Shown here: piece by piece, positions 1 through 7,412 of the stretch
Position numbering within the stretch: position 1 is the stretch's first letter
How the letters are laid out: every line of letters starts with the position of its first letter
Notes under the pieces: generated by a model
Seen by the model: only the letters and a program-made list of their open reading frames with translations
Databases searched by the model: none
What the model was told of the DNA's origin: nothing
Made by a program: the position numbers and the translations under genes
Assembly: GCA_010909165.1 (NCBI GenBank)
Contig: VJWM01000426.1
Coordinates: forward strand, 1 to 8,992
From: Anthoceros angustus
Lineage: Eukaryota; Plantae; Anthocerotophyta
Length of the DNA stretch: 8,992 bases
Reading direction: 5' to 3'

Positions 1-145
1 CAGATTTCATGCGAGATCAAAACACACAGAGATCTCATCATTTTATAAAGGCGAGGTTGTGGGCGGCAAGGAGGTAAGTGTGTCTTATGTTCCTACTAGT
101 GAAAATCTTTTGAACTTGCTTAAGGCCTTGACCAAAAGTTCATGA
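1..145 (+). mobile_element. Ty1/copia pol C-terminus (end of RNase H), degenerate
   Basis: Frame 2 reads RFHARSKHTEISSFYKGEVVGGKEVSVSYVPTSENLLNLLKALTKSS*. This matches the copia RNase H tail pattern FHxRTKHIDIxxHFIRExVxxxxIxxxYVPTxENxADxLTKAL, with small indels. Stop TGA is at 143-145. Confidence 0.85.
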
Positions 146-484
146 GAAACATGTCATTGCTATAGGTGTGTGATATTCCTTGTGAGAAAAGGAGGGAAAA
201 GCTCACTAAATTTTCCTACTCTTGTCACCGGTGGGAGGTGATCTAGAATTTCCTTCTCTTCTCCTTTGGTTGTTTTGAGTCCTTTTGTGTACCTTCTCGG
301 CCTTTAGAGTTTCCTAAGTACACATATTCTTGTACATACGAGACAACAAGGCCACTATAGAGCTTGGTCAATCATGTAGAAGAGGATTGGGCGACAATGG
401 CGAACATCTTTGGTACTAGAACTGGAGGAGCCGCAAAGGCCCATGAAGATGTTCTCTTTCTTCTGTTTTCCTTCGGCATGTGAG

Positions 485-663
485 GAGACTCATGTCACTG
501 GTGCACATGTGATTATGAACTCAAGCATGAGGAATCATTCCTTTTAACTTGAGGCTTGAATGCCATTAGCTACAAGAGACTCATGTCACAGTGCACATGT
601 GATTATGAACTCAAGCATGAGAATCATTCCTTTTAGCAGGGCTTGAATGCCATTGGCTACAAG
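485..663. repeat. Two-copy tandem duplication, ~90 bp unit
   Basis: The unit GAGACTCATGTCAC...GTGCACATGTGATTATGAACTCAAGCATGAG...AATCATTCCTTTTA...GGCTTGAATGCCATT(A/G)GCTACAAG starts at 485 and again at 576. It lies in the presumed 3' non-coding part of the copia element. Confidence 0.95.
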
Positions 664-741
664 TTCTAGTATGTACAGTTCTATTCCAAATGCTCACTAA
701 GTAGGAGTATTGGGATTTACAGGTAATCATCTAGTTGAGCA

Positions 742-906
742 TGTTACAAATGTAATTCCGGTAGTTAGCCTTTCCAGTTAGAACAGTTAGAACAGTTACC
801 ACTCCTGTGCTATTTAAGAACCTGATGTTACCTTACTTGATAATCAATGACAAATCTGTTCTTCTCTAGATTCTGTGCTCTCCCTTGCCATATCCTGTGA
901 TCCACA
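742..906 (+). mobile_element. Putative short copia LTR (3' LTR of the left element); right boundary uncertain
   Basis: Starts TGTTAC. Contains GTTAG(AACA) repeats, a TATA-like CTATTTAAG and a CT-rich U5-like part, and can end in CA at 906. It shares ordered motifs (GTTACCAC, TAAGAACC(C)TG) with the better-supported LTR at 6841-7017. No clear polypurine tract precedes it (TTGAGCA|TGTT). Confidence 0.45.
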
Positions 907-917
907 GATAGCATAAT

Positions 918-1604
918 GCAGCTATCGCTAATAGCATTAAAGTGTGCCAGCTCCTTGAAATGGATCCTCTTCTGGGGCGACTCCAATCACCAAGGCACCA
1001 TCCGCAACCTGCTCATTTTCGTACTGGGCTTGCGAAAGCGAACGTTCGATGACACATTCCAGGACTCCGCCGACAAGTCCCAGACCCTGCGCATCACGAG
1101 CATCTTCGGCGGGCACTCCAATGATACCAAGAACGACCTGGGCCTGAAATTTCCCACGGGCCTTACCGCGACTTCATCCGCTCCTACTTCAATAACAGCC
1201 AAGTGCCCAGCTTCATGGTACCGGTAAGAAGTCGAGAAATCTGACAGAGTACGCCAAAGAGGCGGAATCCGCAGCCAGCTTCTGGGCTCAAGAATTGGAC
1301 ACTGGTGGAAGACAAGGTGAGGCCAGGGTTGTGCTTCGCACCACTGTGGCTTCAGCCGGGTCCAGGCACATGGCCGCCAACCCACACGAAATGGAAGCCT
1401 ATGACGAACTTCTGGTTGATTGCTTCCGGCATCCCACTCCAAGTGGTGGACGCCTACGACCTGACATTCCCTTGACACTTCGACAACAACTGCAGCGATG
1501 GAGGACACTAGGCAGACCTCCTGCTCTCAAACCCTGGTTTGGACAAAGGGCCATCAGTAATTTGTCGATGTAATGCTCACATCCTGCTCAACGTTGCCTG
1601 CCCG
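918..1604 (+). pseudogene. SGNH/PC-esterase-like protein pseudogene, C-terminal domain only (At3g06150/At5g19060-like family)
   Basis: Stitched frames give KWILFWGDSNHQGTIRNLLIFVLG...LRITSIFGGH...YRDFIRSYF...EYAKEAESAASFW...VVLRTTVASAG...NPHEMEAY...VVDAYDLTFP*HFDNNCSDGGH(Y)GRPP...GHQ*FVDVML.HILLNVAC. This is collinear with the Arabidopsis At3g06150/At5g19060 C-terminus as I recall it (WGDSNHVD...ITSIFNGH...YPWHYDNRCNDGVHYGRAP...GHQYFVDLML); confirm by BLAST. The GDS motif is at 976-984. In-frame stops replace W (TGA 1473-1475) and Y (TAA 1558-1560). There are several frameshifts, and the NSGLHDG block is missing near 1220-1238. Confidence 0.85.
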
Positions 1605-1629
1605 CAGCAAAACACGATGGAAAGGGTTG

Positions 1630-2030
1630 TGTACCATGGAATTCAGTCGGGGTATTTCCTCCAATTCGGACTGGTTGGGATTGTGACGGCTGCTTTCCAT
1701 TGCAGCAAGTTTGACCAGGGTCTAATTCCGGCTGGTTGGAGAGGCCTGTCCATTGCTGACGAGATTTCAAGACTGGAGTAACTTCTCGAATTCCGACTGG
1801 TTGAAATTGTGACCTTTGCTCTCCATTGCTGCAAGTTTCACCGGGGTCTTCCAATCCGACAGTACTGGTTGGAATTGTGAACGTTGCTTTCCATTGCTGA
1901 CGAGTTTCACTGGGGTCCTCAAGATTGATTGGTGGGAATCGTGACCCGCTGCTTTACATTGCGAATAAGTTTCATCCAAGCTCTTCAAGTCGGACGGGTT
2001 GGAACTGTGACCGGTGCTTTCCATTGTTGT
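1630..2030. repeat. Degenerate minisatellite, ~6 copies of a ~65 bp unit
   Basis: The anchor TGCTTTCCATTG or a close variant occurs at 1691, ~1749 (shortened unit), 1817, 1885, 1950 and 2015. Most copies are preceded by CTGGTTGGAATTGTGAC and followed by CAAGTTTCAC..GGGGTC variants. Confidence 0.9.
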
Positions 2031-2331
2031 GCCATCCGCCTTATTCGTAAAGCCCAAAGTGCTTATCCTTGAGCAGGACAGTGTCAGGCGATATGGATGC
2101 TGCTTGGGAGAAGCGATGGTTGGGGAATTGAACGGGTGGTTTGTGTTACGACATGGGAAAGCAGGCGTTCGCAGGCCTGGAGGAGATTATGAAGATTTCT
2201 GTTGCCCAGACTTCAAGCTTGAGCTCATTCCTGGTTTCCTGGTTACAAGTAACTCTTCCCAGCCACATATGTGATAGTGCACAGCAGGAGACTCCAGGAA
2301 CAAGCTCAGGCTGCTGGAATGGAAATCGTGG

Positions 2332-2346
2332 TTTTTTTTTTTTTTT
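2332..2346. repeat. T15 homopolymer followed by G runs
   Basis: Direct count: 15 consecutive T, then GGGGTTGGGGGG. Confidence 0.95.
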
Positions 2347-2469
2347 GGGGTTGGGGGGTTTAAGAGAGCTTGTTGCAACAATTCTAGGCGGAGACGTAGA
2401 AGGCGAGGAAGCACTCTAACCGAACTTGGAAAGTTTGCAGTGGCCGGACATCAAAGTGAGAAGCACAAG

Positions 2470-2589
2470 ATTCGATAGGCTTCACATGGAAAGAACTTGT
2501 AAGATTATTGGACAGGCTGAGAAACGTGTCAACATTCGACAGGCTTCTCATGGAAAGCACTTGTAAGATCATCGGACAGGCTGAGAAAC
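2470..2589. repeat. Two-copy tandem duplication, 64 bp period
   Basis: ATTCGA(T/C)AGGCTTC..ATGGAAAG(A/C)ACTTGTAAGAT.AT.GGACAGGCTGAGAAAC starts at 2470 and 2534 and ends at 2525 and 2589. Confidence 0.92.
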
Positions 2590-2705
2590 ACTTGATCCAG
2601 GCCTAGGATTTGAAGCACTGAATGAGGTTACGTAGTAGAATTCTCACTTGACAATGTAGGACGAAGGCAACATGCACATGATGTATTGGCAGCACATCTC
2701 ATCAT

Positions 2706-3605
2706 CTAATGCAACTTGTTGGTACGAACCCACTTGGTGCTGAACTTCCATTCGAACAGCCTGTAGGTTCCCTGGTCGGTGACAGGCACCCTCGACGAGA
2801 ATCCAACATACGACTTGTCATTCACGTAATCGGAGGCTTCAAGCCCGAGTACTGGAGGCAGAGCTGGCCTGCTTCTTGTCGGGCTGGCCGTCCGCAGTGA
2901 GGTTCTGGAATCGCACAGCCAGGTACTCCTGTCTGGCGTCGTAGTCGATGAACACGGCGATCTTGGTGTCGATGAAGAGGCTTCGTCCCACAGGAACTGG
3001 TCGACCACGGAATCCACGCTGTTGATGTCTAGGCCCACATGCGGGATGGCGGGATCCCAGTCGTAGGCCCGGACGTGTCGATCTCCACAGCCACGGTCTT
3101 GGTCTTATCTCCGCGGAGCGCTTGCCGGTCGCGGTGTCGATCTCGAACAGGCCCAGGCTCTCGGATCCGCTGGCGCCCACGTTCTGGTCGGGCGTGATGG
3201 CGAATGCCCAGCCCCGCCGAAGAGGCGCTTCACGCTCCGCTCGCTGTCGCGGTCGAAGTCGATGACGAACTCCGAGGAAGGAGGCCGCGTACTGGCTCTT
3301 CTTCTGGTACAGCTGCACCTTCTTGTTGTAGGCGTATCGCACCGAGGCCACGTCGTTGTCGTAGGAAGACGATCTGGCCGGCCGGGTCGGACGGCGTGCA
3401 GATGGCTGTCGCGGGCGAGTCGATGGAGCCGCCGTAGCTGCAGTTGAGCGCTGAGGTGAATGGCGGGTAGGAGGCTCACTCCCTTGGGCAGGTGCGCATC
3501 CTGACCAGCTCCAAGCCTCGTGGCTGCCGCTGGTACTGGGAAGCTACTGCTCGCCAGAACAAGCAGCGCCAGCAGGAGCAGCTGCGTCGCCCGAGCTACT
3601 GCCAT
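2706..3605 (-). CDS. Secreted stand-alone legume (L-type) lectin-domain protein, intronless, ~300 aa, broken by ~9 frameshifts in this sequence
   Basis: ATG at 3605 begins a signal peptide (MAVARATQLLLLALLVLASSSFPVPAAA). Successive frames give SYPPF..., VRYAYNKKVQLYQKKSQYAASF.SEFVIDF, GWAFAITPD...GSESLGLF, TVAVEIDTS, YDWDPAIPHVGLDINSVDSV, IAVFIDYDARQEYLAV, DYVNDKSYVGFSS and YRLFEWKFST. These are the Lectin_legB motifs in the correct order. Stop TAG is at 2708-2706, with no transmembrane or kinase domain before it. The rebuilt frame has strongly G/C-ending codons and no premature stop. Confidence 0.88.
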
Positions 3606-3727
3606 GGTTCGTTCGAATTCGGAACCCAGAATCGGAAATCGAAATCGGACGGCGGATGTGGTGGCACTGCGTGGAGGCAGAGGAAGCAATGAGCAGAAGA
3701 TGAGGTGAGGTTGTGCCCTGTTGTTGG

Positions 3728-3737
3728 CTCATATAAA
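3728..3737 (-). promoter_or_regulatory. Possible TATA-like element of the lectin gene
   Basis: The minus strand reads CCCTTTATATGAG about 125 bp upstream of the lectin ATG. Support is position and composition only. Confidence 0.3.
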
Positions 3738-4680
3738 GGGGTGGAATGCGGCGAGGGCAGGAGCCAGGAAGGTTCATTCTGCTTGGAACCACACCTGTCC
3801 GCGGGTCGTCGTCGTTTGCAGCTGTACAAGTAGCAACAACAGAGAAGGTTCATCCGCATACCTGCTCTCATCAGTCCCAGGTGGATTTCCGACCACCTGC
3901 CACAGGACTTTCAAATGAGCAGGACTCTTTTGCATTTGGTGGTGACTGTTTGATTATTGGTGTGGGTAGTCTGAAATTTCTGCCAGACGTCCTGCCAGAG
4001 CACCTAGTGACTAGTTAGTTAGTTGGATATATATTGGTGGTATGTCACATTGGCAGGCCTGTCGCAATTCTTTCCGCAAATCCTTGCTTCACTTCTTGTC
4101 CACGACTACGTGCCAAGTTAATCGAATATAAAATCAAGTAAACCAGTTATATAATTTAGTGTGAATAGTTTCAAGATCTCAACGATTCTTGAGGTTTTAA
4201 GTTAAATTAGCACTCTAAGATTAAGCTTACATTTGGCTTAAAAGTTTTTTCAAGTATTCACGAGTTATGTCATTATTGATGGTTGAGGGTCTTTTGAGGT
4301 ATTTATGGGCTATAACTGGTTCTGGTTCTGCAACCTCTAGGTTGAGGTGAGACATGATCAAGAGTCTCATCATCTCAATTGACATTCATGCCATGCAGTT
4401 CATGGACCTTCGGGACAATGGGCTGAATACTAGTTTGCCAACGTGAAAAGAGCTAAACACAAGAATATTGTGTTAGAGGGTTATATCATTTATTAGATAT
4501 GGAAAATCCAAGTGCACAAAGCTCTTTATGCTTTTACTACCAAGTTATCTATTTCACCTCCACATCCCACTCATATCTTAGTTCTAGATGTTGTTATTTG
4601 GCATGATTGTCATGCATGTCTTGTGTGGAGTATGCGAATGCCTATGTGTAGTGTATAGTAGCATGACTTGGTTTTAATGT

Positions 4681-4812
4681 CTTAAATTATATTATACTAT
4701 ATATATATTCATAAATATATTAATTTATCAATTATAATATATTCAAAAATATATCATAAATCTATTTAATGAATTTGAATAATTAATACATTTAATAAAA
4801 CTAACTATAATT
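4681..4812. repeat. AT-rich low-complexity tract
   Basis: Almost entirely A/T with short TA runs, and sharply bounded against the GC-moderate flanks. Confidence 0.85.
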
Positions 4813-5219
4813 ACCTGCATTTGCGGAGTCTGGAGAAATGGAGAGGATGTGTCCTAATTCGGATTGCTTGGCCCTGCTCTGAAAGTACTAAAAGTTTGGG
4901 AAGCTTTCCTAGGGCTGCTCATTCTGGGAATACTCCTTCTATGAGGCAGACTACCACTCAGTTGAGCTAATTGTCCCTTGAGTGCCATTCTCAAAGACGT
5001 GACAAATAAACTGCGTCGGCATTTTGCCTGTCCATGCACATTTCACGATGGCTGCGTGCTTGCATATTCCTCATTCAAAATCATGCTAGGCAGTAGCTGT
5101 TACTGTGGGATGCATCAGAGAAGACTCCTGAAAACAAGGGCGTGGTGAGCCTGAAAGGATGCAGCTTCTAGTATTCATCGTAGGTGCACTGTACAGTTGA
5201 AAAGGCCGGCAGAAGTTGC

Positions 5220-6234
5220 TCAGAAATCGATTGTGATGTCCTGGCCGGGAACGCAGCCTGACTTTGTGGACGTCTGCAGAACTGGAGCATGGTAGTCGTA
5301 CAGTGTCTTGCTGATTTTGCGCAGAGTCTTGCGTGGCTGGTTCAGGGCAACAATACTGCGGAAGGCAGCTGAAACAGAGCTTGAGCTGCAATCTGCACAA
5401 AACGGGTTGTAATGGATGAGCATGGCAGCGGTCAGACATGGTATTCATCACAGCAAACTGTTTAGACTAACAGTACTAGAACGGCAGAGATATGAGCTGT
5501 GTGTCTCTCATCAGAGAGGCTTACCAAAGAGCCAGGGTTCTCGCTGTTGAGTGAAGAAATGAACTCAGCATCCTCGGCTCCACATTGAGCTCAAAATGCA
5601 GCAATCCACGAGGAAGACGGTCGTCGCCCGGTCTGAGGATGTTGATGTGCGCGGTTCCTGCCACACATTCATCCACCATCATTATGACGAGCAGGTGGGA
5701 ATTGGTGCGCACCAAAATTCATGAACAAACGCTGTCACCAAGGCTTGCAAGATTCAGGTGCCTACCATTGGTGTCGACAAATCCAACTTGGGGCCCGCCC
5801 GACAACATGGTGAGAACCTCCGTTGCCCTCAGGTGCGTGTGCGGCAAGTTCTCACCGCACGGAACAGCTTGAATCTCACCACCGTGATTCCTGTGACCTG
5901 CACCGCCACACACATTCAACAATGCAGTTTCAGTGCCAGGCTTGGCTGCTGCTGCAAATTTAAAGCTCAACACTTGCAAACAGACGCGGTTCATGAGTTG
6001 CAAGCGGCGCATTGCTGCAAACGTACTTGAGGGCAGGAACTTGGCGACGGGGAGGTCAGCGCGGATGCCACCCGGTCCCTGCACGCCGTTGTTTTGAACA
6101 CGTCCCGGAAAACGAATTCCTCCACCCCAGCTTCGAAGTCGGTGAGAGGGTCGGGATCGCGCGCACGCCAGGAACAATGGCGAGGCTGTAGAGCAAACAA
6201 CCCAGAAGGAAGAGCGCGGCACCCGGGACGCCAT
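5220..6234 (-). CDS. Germin-like (cupin_1, spherulin-like) protein, 4 exons: 6234-6027, 5897-5766, 5657-5525, 5392-5220; multiple frameshifts in this sequence
   Basis: Signal peptide (MASRV.ALFLLGCLLYSLAIVPGVR) followed by DPDPLTDFEAGVEEFVFRDVF and GGIRADLPVAKF. Germin box 1 reads GITVVRFKL.PCGENLPHTHLRATEVLTMLSGG; then QVGFVDTNG. Box 2 reads TAHINILRPGD...PRGLLHFELNV; then AEFISSLNSENPGSL and IAAQALFQLP...GCVPGQDITIDF*. Three GT..AG introns (6026-5898, 5765-5658, 5524-5393) interrupt the homology exactly. The metal ligands H, H, E and H are retained. Confidence 0.9.
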
Positions 6235-6840
6235 GCCCTCGCTTGTCTGTCTCGTCACTCTACACTCGTACTGTCTTCGGCCTTGTCTTCTGCTAGGACT
6301 GTCTTCCGCGATGGTGCTGTGTGCATCTGCCACTGGAGTCACTGCTGTTGTGGATGAGATGGAGAATTGCAAGTCAGGAAGGACTGCCGATGGACGATGG
6401 ATGACATGAAGCTCCTCGCCTTCCATTTTATGCGTAGCTGCCGCAATCGCCGCTGCTGCTGCCTGCCACGGCCATTCCGTTGCCGTCGTTGACGACTGAC
6501 TTGGGCTGCCCCGTACACGCGGTTTCGCTTTCCTTGACTCGGTTGCAGTTCGAACTCGGCGTTGTAGCGCATCCCAGTTTCAAAACGGAACGTGCTTCCA
6601 GCTTCCATCTTAATTTTTGAGTCCTCGGCCAGTGATCGCTGCTGCTATGACCGCCTTGTTGCTTCGCGGAACCTCTCAACAGCAACACAGTAGTAGGACG
6701 CAGTGTGTCGATTGCAGGTTATGCCCATCATCATGGGAAGCTTAAGAAAATAATGTCATTACTCATCACAGGCTCACAGCTGACGTCTGGATGAAGGATT
6801 CAGACATTCGTGAGAAGGACGCACCTTTGTAGGCATATAC

Positions 6841-7017
6841 TGTTAAAATAGCCATGTCTAGTATGCTTACATTAGGGCACGCTTCAGTTCGTGAAGCGAA
6901 ACGCTGCTTCAGGCTCCGAGACCGTTACCACCTCGTACCGCTTCGTCCCAGCATAAGAACCCTGTCTGTACATTCCATGAGCGTAATGCAATTCTGAACG
7001 ATCCATGAATTATCTCA
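6841..7017 (+). mobile_element. 5' LTR of an LTR retrotransposon (177 bp, TG...CA)
   Basis: Begins TGTTAAAATAG and ends TTATCTCA directly before a canonical primer-binding site. The left boundary is inferred from the TGTTA start. The left flank is TATAC, and no partner LTR is in the window. Confidence 0.75.
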
Positions 7018-7029
7018 TGGTATCAGAGC
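7018..7029 (+). promoter_or_regulatory. Primer-binding site complementary to the 3' end of tRNA-iMet
   Basis: Exact TGGTATCAGAGC immediately after the CA terminus. This is the standard PBS of plant LTR retrotransposons. Confidence 0.92.
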
Positions 7030-7260
7030 AGGACAATTCTCATGCCTAATCTGCGGCGCAGGCAACGCCTTCAGAGGCGCGCCGCCAGACAAGCTCATAT
7101 GCTTCAATTGCAGAGACAGCACCGAGAAAACTCCTACCTAAAAGAAGCAGGAAATCTATGGCATTATGCCTGGATTAGAACTACCTCAATCCTCCTACTC
7201 ATAGGAGGAGATTCTACTTCGTGGGTGCTGCGACCCACGCGATTATGACTGGGCGTATGT
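7030..7260 (+). mobile_element. Internally deleted, degenerate copia gag/protease remnant
   Basis: Downstream of the PBS one frame reads CLICGAG...KLICFNCR (partial zinc-knuckle-like). Near 7218-7255 adjacent frames give SWVL and GAATHAIMTG, resembling the copia protease signature WVLDSGATxHMTG with the DS deleted. Confidence 0.5.
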
Positions 7261-7412
7261 GCATTGTTCCTTTCTCTACACATAACGTAAAGTCGCGGCC
7301 TCGTCTGGGGCCTCGACGCGCCCAGTTAGTTTTTTCAGGGCCAAAAGGGTAAAACGAGAGAGAATTTTTCAATTGGTAAAATTTTTTACTGAATAAGGTG
7401 GAAATTGTAACA

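Noticed and set aside
1224-1248. GTAAG...CTGACAG as an intron in the esterase-like gene
   Set aside because: At about 25 bp it is too short for a plant spliceosomal intron, and its 3' part encodes residues (NLTEY) that align with the homologue. A deletion explains the gap better.
987-1508. 173 aa minus-strand ORF (including a HEAGH, HExxH-like string)
   Set aside because: It is the antisense shadow of the plus-strand esterase-like pseudogene, whose homology explains the region. The HExxH-like match is incidental.
1630-2030. CRISPR-like repeat-spacer array
   Set aside because: The intervening sequences are homologous to one another rather than unique spacers, the repeats are degenerate, there are no cas genes, and the context is a eukaryotic intron-containing locus.
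2014-2560. Inverted 11-mer GTGCTTTCCAT shared by the minisatellite and the 64 bp duplication
   Set aside because: The match does not extend into the rest of either unit, so it is probably chance.
2706-3605. Lectin receptor-like kinase
   Set aside because: The lectin domain ends in a stop 9 codons after WKF. No transmembrane or kinase motifs are visible downstream in the window.
3204-3708. Plus-strand ORFs overlapping the lectin (3204-3437, 3262-3447, 3492-3692, 3520-3708)
   Set aside because: These are antisense ORFs expected from GC-rich coding sequence, with no recognisable motifs.
4400-4835. Helitron termini (CTAGT at ~4430, AT-rich tract)
   Set aside because: There is no convincing GC-rich subterminal hairpin and no matching 5' TC end.
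5719-6426. 235 aa ORF as a single real protein
   Set aside because: It is a chimera of upstream sequence, off-frame exon 1, read-through of intron 1, germin exon 2 and the start of intron 2. The true start is at 6234.
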